Positions 14,036 through 27,659 of a DNA stretch of 64,000 bases are shown here, piece by piece. The notes beneath the pieces are model-generated. The model worked only from the letters and a program-made list of their open reading frames with translations. It searched no databases and was not told where the DNA came from. How positions within the stretch are numbered: position 1 is the first letter of the stretch; each line of letters starts with the position of its first letter. The stretch is from Lama guanicoe (Eukaryota): positions 3,410,001 through 3,474,000 of the forward strand of contig MU054212.1 of the NCBI GenBank assembly GCA_013239625.1. Direction: 5' to 3'. The translations under genes and the position numbers were made by a program.

Positions 14036-16075
14036 GAAAACATGATTCAACTATACACTGTCTGTAAGAAATTTACTTCAAGTATAACCATTCAGGCAGA
14101 GTGAAAGTAAAAGGATGAAAAAGATATACCATGCAAACTTCAATCAAAAGAAACTAGAAGTGGCTTTACCAATTAAAAAAAGAAGGAGACTTCAGAGGAA
14201 AGTGAATTACCAGAGAAACAAAAGGACATAACATAATGATAAAGGATCAATCCTTCAAGAAGACATGCAATCTAAATGTATGCGCACCAAACAACAGAGC
14301 CACAAAATACGTGAGGCAAAAATTGATAGAACCGAAAGGCACAATTGACAAATCCACAATTACAGTTGGAGACTTTAATTTCTCTCTCTCAACTTTGATA
14401 GAAAAAAAGACAGACAAAATCAGCAAGAATATAAAAGAACTCAACACCACCATCAACCTACAGTATCTACTTGGCATGTGTAGAATATTCCACCCAAGAA
14501 TAGCAGACTGCACGTCCTCGTCAGTCATCCACGGAACACGTGCCAATGGAGACCACATCCTGAATCATAAGCAACCTGAACAAACTTAAAATAACTGAAA
14601 TCATATGGCACATTCTGCAATCACGGTAGAACCAAACTAGAAATCAGTAAGAGAAAGATAACAAGAATATTTCCAAACACTTAAAAACAAGACAGTGCAC
14701 ATCAAGAATCCATGGGTCAAAGAGGAAGTCGCAAGAGAAGGTGAAAAATACATTAGGTAGAATAAAGATGAAAATACAACATATCAAAATGTGTAGGACA
14801 CAGCAAAAGCAGTGCTGAGAAGGAAATTTACAGCAAAAATCTACCTAGGAGAACGAAAAGAAGGAAATTCTCAAATAAATAATTCAAGCTCCTACTTCAA
14901 GAACCTAAAAAAAGTGCAAAATAAACTAAAAAAAAGGGCAGAGGGAAGGAGATAAAGATAACATTAGAAATCAATGAACTTAAAAATAAAAACTATAAAA
15001 CCAACAATGATGCAAAGAGCTGATTCTTTGAAAAGATTCCTAAAATATTGACAAAACATCTAGCAAGACTGACAAAGACAAATGAGAGAAGGCACAAATT
15101 AATAATATCAAGGAGGAAGCAGGAGATACCACTAGAGACTTTGTAGACATCAAAAGAATAATAAAGAAATGTTATTATAAAAATTAAGAAACAGAAACCT
15201 CAGTTAAACAGAGTGGGGAGACCAGACGGGGGAGCTCTCATGACCTGCGACCACAGCAGAGTCCAACAGGAGGAATAAAATCTCCTCTTCTTTCCTGGCA
15301 AGGACTCAGCCAATGAAGTCATGGACTTTTTTTTTTTTTTACGATAGCCTTTGGACTTCCTTTTCCTCTCTATGACAGTGTTTTCCTTTGTCTGTGCAGG
15401 AACTTGCATGTGGCTTGCCATGGTTGCAGACTCTGAATTTTGCAATTCTCTAATGACTGAATAAATCCATCTTTGCTGGAGAGATATCTATCTGGCAGTT
15501 TATTTATTTCAGGTCAACACTAAGGAGAACTGTACTAGCATAAATTTCACAATGTAGATGAAATGGACCAATTCCTCAAAACACACAAACTACCACAACT
15601 CATCCAATAAGAAGCAAATTATATAAATAGCCTTATACTACTAAGGAAATTGAATTATTTTAAAACTCCCCCAAAATAAATCTCCAGGCTCAGAAGGTTT
15701 CAGTGGAGAATTCTACCACAGAAGAATTAACACAATTCTATCCTTTCCAGGAAGTAGAAGAGGGGAGATGCTTTTCAATTCATTTTAGGAAGCTAGTGTT
15801 AATCTGACACCAAAACCAGAAAAAACAGTACCATAAATGCATAAATAAATATGAAGAAAACTAAAGGCCAATATCCCCCATGAATATAGGCACAGAAACA
15901 GAATTCAGCAATACTAGAAAAGAACTATGTACCACGATCAAGTGGGGGTTATTTTGGGGCTTGCTCAGTATTTGAAAAATTTAATATAATCCACTATTAA
16001 TGGACTAAAAAAGAGAAATCACATGATGATATAAAAAACTCACATGGAAAAAGCACTTGACAAATTCAACATGCT
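14036..16075 (+). mobile_element. Older LINE-1 ORF2 fragment (endonuclease to early RT region), interrupted by an LTR
   Basis: ORF 14236-14589 (LNVCAPNNRATKYVRQKL..TITVGDFNFSLS..DHILNHK) is a decayed L1 APE-like endonuclease domain; L1 sequence resumes after 15520. Confidence 0.9.
15170..15519 (+). mobile_element. ERV1-class solo LTR inserted in L1
   Basis: TG...CA termini (tgtta...ggtcaaca), CCAAT box, aataaa near the 3' end; L1 ORF2 is collinear on both sides; no clear TSD. Confidence 0.75.
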
Positions 16076-17439
16076 TTAGGCTGTTGTAAGGATTAAACGA
16101 GTGGTTATGTAACAATTATTGCCAGAACAGTGTCTACCCTAAAATTAATACTCAATGAACGTTGGTCATTGTTGCTTTTATCCATCTCCCAGAATAAGTG
16201 TTTCCAGGGAAACAGTCTCATTTTCAAGGACTACAGTCAGCTGGGGTTTCTCATCAGCTCCTCTCCTGAAGCAATTCTGGGCCCAGGGGAGCTTCAGGGT
16301 CATATCCTTTAGCCAAAATGGGGTCATCTTAGAATGTGTCCCTATCTGGAATGGAGTGAAAGGATGGTTCCAGAGCAGAGGGCTCCTTTCCCCTTTACAC
16401 GGGTTTGATCCAGAAAGTTGAATTATTCTGTGAAGGGCTGTAGATGTCAAGGAATGAGTACCACTGTGCCAAGCAAGATCGCAGTATTACCGCATGCCTA
16501 CAGGGCATTTGTTGTTAACTGTGTCTTCCAGCAGTGCCCAAAGCTACAGGCATAGGAGCCGGGAAGAAGTCCTGTTTCTCTTTCGACATTTAATCCAAAA
16601 TCAAATCTGCTAACAGTTAACAAATAGAAATATAATTTGAAAGCCGTGGCAAGGCTGAGATCCAATACTGTGCTGCAAAGATGGTGTATGTTAGAAAATT
16701 TCAAATACAAAGATAATTCAGTTAAATGACAACCTCGTTCCTGCCTCTTAAGATTTTCCTGACCCATATTGGAAACTTAACAGTTTTTCATGAAACACAA
16801 GGCTCTATTTTGAATAAGTTCATCACTTGGACTATCCCGAGTTAAGAGTGAGAGAAACCTAAAAAGAATGAGCTAGCTCTTTTTTTACAACTGGGATCCT
16901 TGTCACTGGGAAATTTACCCTCCCAATGTGCTGCTTCTTCCTGAGAGCCTTGGCTTGGTTTTCTATCATCTCAAGCAAGACGTGTATTTTGTGGAACTGT
17001 GACATTTTGTCAATTAGATCTGGAGAGATCAAGATTAAATATTATTGTCTGATAAAGATTAGTATCCCACGTGCATTATTCATGATAGAGTCTCTTTTCC
17101 AAACATGATGGCAAAGCTTAAGCTCAACGTTAAAAAAAAAAAGAAAAAGGACTATAATACAAACATCAAAAACAGATCATTATCTGAATTCACCAGTTGT
17201 TATTTCCTCTTTTTTTTGGACTAATCTGCACCCATAGAGGAGGGAAGAAAAAGAGGAAAGGTTAAGTGATAGCTGAGAATATATTTATAAGTTTATATTT
17301 TTCTTTAATTAGGATACGTTTATTTTTCAGATTGAAAAATGACTCCTTGATGAAATTTGGGAAGTAAATAACTGTAAAGAATAAAATAAAAATCAGTTTT
17401 AGTTTTTTGATCCAGAGAGATTTGTTGTTGGCATGTTAG

Positions 17440-17440
<1 letters not shown>

Positions 17441-17476
<36 letters not shown>
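17441..17476 (+). repeat. (CA)18 microsatellite
   Basis: Perfect dinucleotide run. Confidence 0.98.
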
Positions 17477-17479
<3 letters not shown>

Positions 17480-17481
<2 letters not shown>

Positions 17482-17975
17482 GGTATCCTGATTAGTTCAT
17501 GTATTGTTATAACCTCATTCAATTATGAACGTTTCCCATGACCCCGATGTAGATTTCAGCAGCATGAATTCAACTGAATGCATAATATTAAGTCATAAGG
17601 AACACATTATTTTATTTTGACCTTTCTCACATTATTATTATTTAGGGTGTTTCATTGTTTCACTATTACAAATAACTGCGATAAATATCATTGCACATAA
17701 TAAATTCCTAGAAGAGGTATTGTTGGGCCAAAATTATAAGTCTTAAGGGCTTTTGGTCCTTAATTTGCTTTCTTCAAGGTTTATCACTTTACACTAGCAC
17801 CAACCATACGTGAAAGTAAACATTGCACTCTGCCATCTTTAACACTGAGAATTATTAAGGTAAGAAGAAAAATAGACCAATTTTATACCTGAAAAACAAT
17901 CTCTCATTATTGTTTAAATAGGCAATTTTTATAACTTTAGCAAAATTGGACACGTTTTCAGTGAGCTTAGCAACT
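17480..17975 (-). mobile_element. Ancient L1ME-like 3' fragment (continues at about 19390-19900)
   Basis: 'taaattcctagaagaggtattgttgggccaaa' and 'atctctcattattgtttaaat' are degenerate antisense L1 3' words. Confidence 0.55.
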
Positions 17976-17977
17976 TT

Positions 17978-18281
17978 CTTTTTAACATTTTTTATTAAGT
18001 TATAATCATTTTACAAAGTTATGTCAAATTCCAGTGTAGAGCACAATTTTTCAGTTATACATGAACATATATATATTCATTGTCGCATTTTTTTGTCTGT
18101 GAGGTACCACAAGATCTTGTGTATATTTCCCTGTGCTATAAAGTATAATCTTGTTTATCTATTCTACATTTTGAAATCCCAGTCTGTCCCTTCCCAACCC
18201 CTGCCCCCTTGGCAACCACAAGTTTGTATTCTACGTCTATAAGTCTATTTCTGTTTTGTATTTCTGTTTTGTTTTGTTTTG

Positions 18282-18313
<32 letters not shown>

Positions 18314-19385
18314 GATTCCACATATGAGTGATCTCATATGGTGTTTACTCTTTCAGGCTTACTTCACTTAGAATGACATTCTCTAGGAGCATCCATGTTG
18401 CTGCAAATGGTGTTATGCTGTTGGTTTTTATGGCTGAGTAGTATTCCATTGTATAAATATACCACTTCTTCTTTATTCAGTCATCTGTTGATAGACATAT
18501 AGGCTAATTCCTTGTCTTGGCTATTGTAAAGAGTGCTGCTATGAACTTTGGAGTGCACGTGTCATCCTGAAGTAGGGTTCCTTCTGGATATATGCCCAGG
18601 AGTGGGATTCCTGGGTCATTTGGTAAGTCTATTCCTAGTCTTTTGAGGAATCTCCATACTATTTTCCACAGTGGCTGCACAAAACTGCATTCCCACCAGC
18701 TGTGTAGGAAGGTTCCCCTTTCTCCACTCCCTCTCCAGCATTTGTCATTTGTGGACTTTTGAATGACGGCCATTCTGACTGGTGTGAGGTGATACCTCAT
18801 TGTAGCTTTGACTTGTATTTCTCTGATAATTAGTGATATTGAGCATTTTTTCATGTGCCTATTGATCATTTGTATGTCTTCCTTGGAGAATTGGTTGTTT
18901 AGGTCTTTTGCCCACTTTTGGATTGGGTTGTTTGTTTTTTTGTTATTAAGTCATATGAGCTGGTTATATATTCTGGTGATCAAGCCTTTGTTGGTTTCAT
19001 TTGCAAAAATTTTCTCACATTCCGTAGGTTGTCTTTTTGTTTTACTTATGGTTTCCTTTGCTGTGCAGAAGCTTGTAAGTTTCATTAGGTCCCATTTGTT
19101 TCTTCTTGCTTTTATTTCTATTGCTTGGGTAGACTGCCCTAGGAGAACATTTTTGAGATGTATGTCAGATAATGTTTTGCCTGTATTTTCTTCTAGGAGG
19201 TTTATTGTATCTTGTCTTATGTTTAAGTCTTTGATCCATTTTGAGTTGATTTTTGTGTATGGTGTAAGGGAGTGTTCTAGCTTCATTGATTTACATGCTG
19301 CTGTCCAGTTTTCCCAACACCATTTGCTGAAGAGACTGTCTTGATTCCATTGTATATTCTTGCCTCCTTTGTTGAAGATTAGTTA
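17978..19385 (-). mobile_element. Relatively young 5'-truncated LINE-1 (camelid-type 3' UTR)
   Basis: Well-preserved ORF2 C-terminal ORFs 18951-19286 ([16 protein letters not shown]) and 18504-18869 ([38 protein letters not shown]); internal (TTTTG)n at about 18266-18310. Confidence 0.95.
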
Positions 19386-20239
19386 CTTATAAATTTATTT
19401 TTTCATTCATATGATGCTCTATTTTGCCCCTATGTTTTAATAAATTTTTAAAAACAAATTTTAAGATCTCTTTACATATTAAATTAACTCTTTGCCGTAT
19501 TTATTAAAAATTATCTCACTTTGTTTTTTCTTTTAATATATCTATTACATACAAATTATCTGCAAACATGGATTTTTTTTTTTATATAGACAAGCCATTG
19601 ACACTTTAATTTGTTATTTCTGTCAGTAATTTAAGCTAGGAAGTCCTTACATGAAAACATTCACCATTTTTTAAACTTCAGGTTGTTTTACAGTTTCATT
19701 TTTTACATTTAACTAGAATTTACTCGGATTATTGTATGAGATAGAGATCTTTACTTCTGAATAGTTGCGCAATTTTCCGGAACCATAATAATCATTTATT
19801 TTGCCACTGATTTGTTAAATCACTTTTATCTTAAAATAAAGTCTTACATAGGCCAGCACAGAGTTCAAGATTCTTTTGTTTTATTTATTCTAGTTATTCT
19901 TGGATTGGCATGTCCTGGTTTTGAAAGTAACTGGAGAGAGAAAAATATTTTCTAATCTTGTAATCTTGGTGTCACTTATAAATGTGCTGTTTAATAATAA
20001 AAATATACATGGCTAGAGGGGTGCTTCATTGGAAATATCTAAACCTGATAGCAGTGACCCACAGCTCTCATAAGTCATCCACTTCCTCCCATCCTGTCCC
20101 AGGTGAGGGTGCCTGGATGTATGGGTCTCAGCCTTGGGTGCACATTAAAATCATCTGGAAAGCTGAAACCGTCCAGATGACTGGGCCAAGTCGGCCAAGA
20201 AAGTGTACTGTGAAAATATGGTCCCCAATTCTTTTTCCT

Positions 20240-20610
20240 ATTTTTTTTTAATTGAAGTACAGTCAAATACAATGTGTCAATTTCTGGTGTACAGCACAAT
20301 GTCCCAATCATGCATAAACATACATATATTCATTTTCATATTTTTTCATTAGAGGTTATTATAAGATATTGAACATAGCTCCCTGTGCTACACAGAAGAA
20401 ACTTTTTAAAATCTATTTTTATATATAGTGGTTAACATTTATAAGTCTCACAATCCCAAAATTTATCCCTTCCCACCCTTTTTCCCTGGTAACCATAAGA
20501 TTGTTTACTATGTGTGCAAGTCTTTTTCTGTTTTGTAGATGAGTTCATAGCGCCCTTTTTTTTTTTAAGATTTCACATATGAGTGATATCACATGGTATT
20601 TTTCTTTCTT
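20240..20610 (-). mobile_element. LINE-1 3' UTR fragment (cetartiodactyl-type)
   Basis: Poly-T start then 'aattgaagtacagtc...tttctggtgtacagcacaat...ccctgtgctacacag...gatttcacatatgagtgatatc'. Confidence 0.85.
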
Positions 20611-20809
20611 ATGTTTTAATATAAATTGATGCCGGTTTTATAAAATAAATTGGGTAGTTGTCCCAATTTTTTTTCATGCTGTGGAACTTCTTGATAAGCC
20701 TGAGAACTAAAAAAGGTGCAACAAATCATTTATAATTAGTCTTGGAATCTTTTATGGAGGTATTTATTTGATGCATATAAATTTGTTCCATGATTAATTT
20801 TTTATGCAT

Positions 20810-21465
20810 TCTTTAGTTGGTTTGCTTATTCAACAAGTAAGTATTGAGCACATGTCATGTACCAGATATGATACTAGTAGGTACTGATGACAAAATCATC
20901 AACAGACAAGAGATATCTTCTGCCCTCCTGGAGTATATTATCTAGTGCAGAGACACACAGAGATCCAAATACAACAAATATGTATAAAACTGCAGTTCAA
21001 ACAGTGCAATGCTAGGAAAAGCCAGGAGTTTGGTAGGAGGCAGGCAGATCAGAGAATGATCAACTGAGAAGCTGAAATGTGAGCTGGGGTATAAGTTATG
21101 AGATGTTGATTAGAGAAGGGGAGGACGAGTGGGAACATTTCACCCAAGAAAATAAGCATATTCAAGAGTCCTGTGGTGGAAGGAAGCAGAGTGATGGAAG
21201 GGACTGAGAGGAGGCCTGTGTGAGAAACAGATGGGGTCCAGACAATTCGGGGCACCATGGACTACCTTACCAATTGCTGTCTTTATCCTAAGAGCAAATG
21301 TATTAAAAATGTTAAGGGCAAACCAACAAGTTTGTTCTGTAATTAGATTTGCCTTTCTGCAGTGTGAAGAACAGTATAAGGATGCTGGTTTGCAGAGTAA
21401 GTGTAAATAAACTAGTTGGACAGCTACTGATATAATCTGGGGATGATGCTAGTAATTTGGACTAG
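20810..21465. mobile_element. L2 LINE fragment
   Basis: 'ttattcaacaagtaagtattgagcacatgtcatgtaccag' and 'tgccctcctggagtatattatctagt' are L2 3'-end words. Confidence 0.75.
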
Positions 21466-21467
21466 AT

Positions 21468-21627
21468 CAAGAGTCTACAAGCCAGACCACAGGCCAAATT
21501 TGGCCCCCCACTTGTTTTTGTCAACAAAGTTTTATAGAAACATAGCCAAGCTCATTAACTTAGTATCTATGGCTGCTTTCCCATTACAATGACAAAAGCA
21601 AGTCATTGCAATAAAAGATAAATGGCT
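21468..21627. mobile_element. MER58-like hAT DNA transposon fragment
   Basis: 'caggccaaatttggcccccacttgtttttgtcaacaaagttttatagaaacatagcca...tatctatggctgctttc'. Confidence 0.75.
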
Positions 21628-21840
21628 TCCATCAGTCTGTTCTCTGTATCTATGAGCTTGGTGTTTTGCTTTGTTTGGTTTGGTTTTTAAATTCTACGTA
21701 TAAATGAGATCATATGGTATTTGTCTTTCTCTGTCTAGATTACTTCACTTAGCATTGCACCCTCTGGGTCCATCCATGTTGTCACAAATGGCAAGGGGTC
21801 TTTTTTTTTTTTTTTTTTTTGGTATAGCTGAATATTCTGT
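21628..21840 (-). mobile_element. LINE-1 3' UTR fragment
   Basis: 'gagatcatatggtatttgtctttctctgtct..ttcacttagcatt..ggtccatccatgttgtcacaaatggca'. Confidence 0.85.
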
Positions 21841-22119
21841 GGATTGTCTTCCTGGTGATCTGAACTAATCAAACACACAAACAGTTACAATCTCTAACAG
21901 TCACTGCTACCCAAATTTTACACGTTTTAGTATTAACTGTTGGCTTGTTACATGTTGAAAATGCACCTCTCAGGAATCAATGTGTGCCTTCCTGTTTTGT
22001 TCTATTTCCTGCCTTGAAGTTTCTGTGCATTTTGATGCCCGAGTGGATATAGAAAGAAATAAGGATGTGCATGGCATGGGAGAAGTGAAGTGGGGAGGAC
22101 TGGGCAGTACTTTGGGCTC

Positions 22120-22310
22120 CTTCAAACTGCAAACTATTACATGTAAAATAAGCTACAAGGATCTATTGTACAACATGGAGAATATAGCCAATATTTTATA
22201 ATAACTATAAATGGAATATAACATTTAAAGTTGTGAATTACTATACCTGTAACATATACTATTGTACATCAATGGCACTGCAATTAATTAATTTTAAAAA
22301 AAATTTTAAA
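22120..22310 (+). mobile_element. LINE-1 extreme 3' end
   Basis: 'aaaataagctacaaggatctattgtacaacatggagaatatagccaatattttata' followed by an A-rich tail. Confidence 0.85.
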
Positions 22311-25039
22311 AATACATCATCTGTAACAGGACAGTATACACTACCAAGTTTTCTAAATGGTCCAAATATTGAAGAGGGGAGGGGTGGGTAGTTGGTGGGG
22401 GAAGGGAGTGGGGCAGAGGTCCTGTCTTTATATCTATTTTGACTGTTAAATCTGCTGTGACAGAAAAAGATACATTAGCCACTGACCATGGTCCTCATAG
22501 TTGGAATTAAGATGCCTAGTTCCAGATGTAGGACATAGCTTTTCTATCTCTTCATATCATTGTCATATTCTTCCCTGATTTTTTTTTTCATTTCCCTCAA
22601 TACAGATTAAGGGAAGAATTATCTGCCAGCCACTGCACTGCACTGGAAGCCAGACAATGGCTTTCTTCTCTGGTAGATTCCTGACTCCGAAATGACCCTC
22701 TAAAAGATCTGCTTGCCTCGGTTTTATTTCTGTATATATTACACATTTTGCTTATCATAAGCCAGGAATGCATGATCCAAAAGTCATAGTATAAAATAAC
22801 AAAAAGCCCCAAAGTGGCAAAATGAACTCGATCTTAAGACCCTGTAGTTTCCTCTCCTTTAAAAACCAGGACACTGAAATTACCATGACAAGCTTCCACA
22901 GAGGAATTGGAACTAACACCTCACTCATTTTTACTTGGCCGTGACATTTTTATGGTTCCCTGTCTACCCTCAAAGCAGTAACTCTGCTATCTGCGAGCTC
23001 CCTAAGTTCACTCTTACCCTATTACAGTGGTTAATGGTAGGTAAATGTGAGATCATTTTTACCTCTCTTCTTTTTAAAATTAGCAATCAGAGTTGCTACA
23101 ACCCGAGTCACAGATAAAGTTGTGCAAAATTAACTACGTCCTGAAAGTTTCTCCATCATCTTTAAATACCAATTATTATGTGACTGACCAGTAAAGTTAA
23201 TACTATCATTTCACAATATTGGCACGTTAGAGATTTACCTCCTAAAAATCATTAAGATATCGCTTTCTCAGGAAAATTACGGCATTTTCCCAACATGCAA
23301 GCATGAGGGAAGGCATTACTGTCTTCGATATTTACTGGTGTTTGGGACCTTTAAAACTGGGTCTTCCCCATGCCTTAGGAAGATAGTTCCTAGCCTAGAA
23401 GGATTGTTTCTCCATCTATTATTTTTACTTAGTGCCCGGAAGTACTGTCTTTCTCCTCTCCTACCAAAATGGAACCCACTTGCTCAGAAATATTCAGGAA
23501 AATCTTCTGTGAGAGGAAGCGATACCTCCAGAAGACCATTGTTAGAATGCATTTCTGCCCTGGAAGGAAGGGACCGATGGCCCTGTGGGCTGTGGCCCCT
23601 TGGGCTTCTCCCTTTAGCTCATCTGCAGACATCAGCCTCTCTTTCACGTCACCTTGCCAAGCAAAGCCTGCAAAGCTGGGAGGAGAGGAGGCTCAGGTAA
23701 ACCTCAGAGGGAGGAGTTGGAGGACAAGCTGGAGAAGATGAGCCATGACTGCTCTAGAGGCACCTGCAGCCTTCAGGAGTTTGGGAAAGTCAAGGTCATG
23801 TCCACACGGGGCCCTGGGCCATCAGAGGAGTTGCATAAAGACTCCTGAACTCAAAGTTTGGATCGGGGGCATTCAGATTAGAAGTCAGTTGTGCTGGGAG
23901 GAAAGGAAGAGATTTCATCCAAGATAAATAAAAGTGGGGACAATGAACATTACCTTCACTTGCATCCAACTGTGCTGAGGGCCAGCTCAGGGTTAAAGAA
24001 ATTTGCTGTTAACTGAAGAGACTGTTACCTTTCCTACGCTTTTTCACTCGCGGCGTTCAGACTTCCTCAGCTGGCCACCTATTACTGGATTTCAGCCATG
24101 TGACCTCTAGGAAAAAACTCTGGAGGGTTTTTGGGTCTCCGCCTTCTAACGGGGCCTTTCCTCCTTCTCTGGTGGATATTATTCTTCTTAAAATGCCTCA
24201 GTGTATAGTCAGCAAAGAGGATGAGAACACAGCCTATCAGAGGCCTACTTCCGTTGACTGGCCTCCCCCCCGCCCCTTAGTGACTCCTCTGACCCTGCTG
24301 GAAAAGTCATGAATCTCCTTAACATTATATTCTTAATGAGGCTATTTACCCTGCATACTAAATGAGATCACCACTATGTAATAAATTCTCTGCTCTGCAC
24401 TAAGCCAGAAGGGTCAGCCTCTTCAGCCGCTTACAACTAAACCTTTTAACTGATAAGAACATTATTGCCGCACACAGATTGCGTCTCTTGAGGTTATCAT
24501 GACTCTAGAATCCCAGTAACCCAGAACTGTTTTCTACATGCCCTAAAATGGTATCCGGTTTTAATTTTAATTTTAATTTTTAATTGCAATTGCTATTGTT
24601 TTCATTTTGGAAAACAACCTGGGAAAATCATCTGAACTGCTAAATATCCACAGAGTCTCTCTTGACGGAACATACATACATAAGTGCGTGTACAACCAAG
24701 AGTTTTACATACACAAGGAAGAAAGCTCAGTTTTCTAGTTCTTACCTCACCATCTGACCTATTTTAAGGTGTAACAGAAAATGCTCATTGTCCTTCTTCT
24801 GAGCAGAGCAGATCCTGGGTATTTCAAAAGTCTTGTCGTCAGGGTGGAGGGGTGCAGGTGGGGGAGTGCGGAGATTTAGAAGAGATAGAGGTATATTTAT
24901 GGGGGATTGAGGATGGATGTGGGATGTGAACTTCTGAAGTAAATGCTGCCAAATAGGTAACGGAAAACCCTTTCTCCATTTCCTGCATATTGTTTAGGAA
25001 TCTTTGTGAGTGGATTACTTACAATGAATTCAAAGAAGT

Positions 25040-25409
25040 GTACAGTAGACTGAACATTTGTATCCTGCTAAAATTCATGTTAAAAACAAACCCCCAATGT
25101 GATGGTATTTGGAGGCGGGGGGGGGGTTGGGAGGTGATTAGGTCATGAGGATGGAGCCCCTGTGAATAGGATTAGTGTCCTTATAAAAGAGACCCCAGAA
25201 AGTTCCCTTGTCCCTTCCACCACGTGAGTACACAGTGAAAAGACAGCCATCTATGAAGCAAAAAGTGCACCCTCACCAGACACCAAATCTGCCAGTGCTT
25301 TCTTATTTGGGACTTCCCAGCCTCCAGAACTTGGAGAGATAAATTGCTGTTGTTCATAAGCCACCCAGTCTATGGCATTCTGATACAGCATCCTGCACAG
25401 ACTGCAACA
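25040..25409 (+). mobile_element. MLT1A-like solo LTR
   Basis: 'cccccaatgtgatggtatttggaggcgggg...gaggtgattaggtcatgagg...ccagacaccaaatctgcc...ggacttcccagcctccagaac'. Confidence 0.9.
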
Positions 25410-26010
25410 AAGAGCTAATCCTGCGTCCCCTTTGAAACGGGTTGATATAGTGGCAGTGTATGTGTCCATTGGTCTTTTCTCACGAGGGGAAACACTCTTG
25501 ATTGTTAAAAACACCTTCTCCACTAAAGCCTGAAATTCTACCACCAGCACAGTCACCTGTTGTAAGCAATCCTCTTTTCTTTTACAATGAAATGCTCTCA
25601 GGAGTCCTCTGCACCTTCATGGGAATGAACCTGTATTTCCTCAGAGCGCTGCTGCGCAGACTGGCCACGGGAGAGCTCAGGGTGGAAAGGAAGGGAGGCG
25701 AGGTCAGGGCAAGAGCTCAGCCTAACACACACATTGCCCTGCCCTGAAATGTGGGCTTGGCCTGAATGCCAAAGGGCGCTGAGGATCCAGGCCAGGGGTG
25801 CTGGGAGAGGAGAACCTCCACTGTTGTTTCTCGTTAGATCCTTCCCTTCCCCACAATTTACTTAAACACCACGCCTCCTGAATCTTGCTCTTGGGCAAAC
25901 TGAAGAGAGAGCCTGGATGCGACCCATGGGAGGTGGATTCCAGCAGAAATGGAGAGCTGATGGTAATGAGAAGGATGACTCACTAGGTCTCTACAGGGAA
26001 ATATACGTAT

Positions 26011-26011
<1 letters not shown>

Positions 26012-26053
<42 letters not shown>
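26012..26053 (+). repeat. (GT)21 microsatellite
   Basis: Perfect dinucleotide run with a short imperfect extension. Confidence 0.98.
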
Positions 26054-26054
<1 letters not shown>

Positions 26055-26121
26055 TGTGTGTACATAAATACATGCAGAGAGAGAAAGAGAAGTAGAATGG
26101 AAAATCATTTGTTCATTCATT

Positions 26122-26568
26122 TAAATTTTTTAAAAAACTGAAGTATAGTTGATTTTCATTGTTGTGTTAGTTTCTGGTGTACAGCATAGTGATTCAGTCA
26201 TAGGCATATATATATGCATATATATATATATATTCTTTTTCATTATAAGTTGTTACAAGATATTGAATACAGTTCCCTGTGCTATACCATAGGACCTTGT
26301 TGTTTATCTATTTTATATATAGTAGTTTACATCTGCTAGTCCCAAACTCCTAATTTATCCCTCTTTCCTCCCCCTTTGTAACCATAAGTTTGTTTTCTAT
26401 GTCTGAGTCTGTTTCTGTTTTGTCAATAAGAACATTTGTCTTGTTTTTTTTCTGATTCCACATATAAGTGATATCATGGGGTATTTGTCTTTTTCTTCCT
26501 AACTTACTTCACTTCATATGATAATCTCTCGGTCCATCCATGTTGCTGCAGGTGGCATTATTTCATTC
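26122..26568 (-). mobile_element. LINE-1 3' end (cetartiodactyl-type) with probable 12-bp TSD
   Basis: Typical 3' UTR 'gaagtatagttgatt..tttctggtgtacagcatagtgattcag'; flanks tgttcattcatt (26110-26121) and tgttcgttcatt (26569-26580). Confidence 0.9.
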
Positions 26569-27199
26569 TGTTCGTTCATTATTAATTCATGTGATAATCA
26601 TGAAATCCCTGCATGTGCAGCCTAGCCCTCAATCCCAACAAATCCTCTCTGTCTCTGGCAAGGACAGTAATGCATGCGAGACTAGAGTGCCAGAAGAAAT
26701 GAGTAGGGATGCTGCCATGCGTACTGATGGAGGAGAGGCAGGTGCCAAGGGGACAGCAGAGTTGTCGGCACAGGGGGCAGCTGCACATGGTGCCGCTCCC
26801 TCCTGCGGCTGATGTGATGGTGTCCATCGCAACGGCTGCAGCCTGGAAAACTGCTCCCACCATTCCTCTCACTGAAGGACTAAAAGTTCCCCCAGCCTCT
26901 CAGTGGGCTAACCCAGCCTTCCCTCCATTGTTTTGCTTTGAAAGACTGAGGCAATTTCCATCCTGCAGAGAAAATTTCCCATGACTGAGGACATACCCAA
27001 GGTAACTGATCATTTCAGCTGCCATGCTCTGTGATATTTATTCCTAAGGAAGATGCATTTTAAAAAAGGAAATCTTGAAATGTGGCTTTAAAAATTAACA
27101 CTTGAGGTCAAATAGCTCTCGGGAGCCTTGCTTAGAAAGAACAGTGTAGGAGAGAAATGAAGTAGCTACAGGGAAATTTAACTGAGAAGACTCTCTCTC

Positions 27200-27355
27200 A
27201 TATATATATATACATGAAATATATCTATATATGTATTTATAATGTATACTATAACAATATTATAATATATAACATAAATTATAGTATGTATTGTATTTTT
27301 AATCTATATACATCTAAATTATATATATAAAGTGAATATTTATAGATATATAATT
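27200..27355. repeat. AT-rich low-complexity (TA)n-like tract
   Basis: Degenerate tatata runs. Confidence 0.8.
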
Positions 27356-27659
27356 AGCATGCTATTGGGAGAGGCTAGAAAGCTTTTATTCCCTTCCCCA
27401 ACCCAAAGCTTAATTGAAAAAGGACTGTGATAGAGAAACTCAGCTGCTTTATAAAGGTTACCTAATCACCACCAAATTCCCCTTTCCCTCTTCCAGGGGT
27501 CTCTACTTCCCTCCCCCTCCTTTCCTTGCTTCCTAAGGATCAGTTGTGCAGAATTCAACTTATTCAACACCTCTCAGCCTGTGAATTACTATCATCATCA
27601 TCTGTTAGAGTCTCTCTTTTAAAAATTCAGTTTGTTCCCTTTTATCTGATTTTCTCAAT

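Noticed and set aside
3617..19344. ORFs with reverse transcriptase/endonuclease-like peptides (3617, 3933, 14236, 18504, 18951) and the 178-aa ORF 18808-19344
   Set aside because: Fragmented LINE-1 ORF2 remnants or their antisense shadow, not host genes
25858..26141. (HT)n and (CV)n ORFs
   Set aside because: Translation of a (GT)n microsatellite
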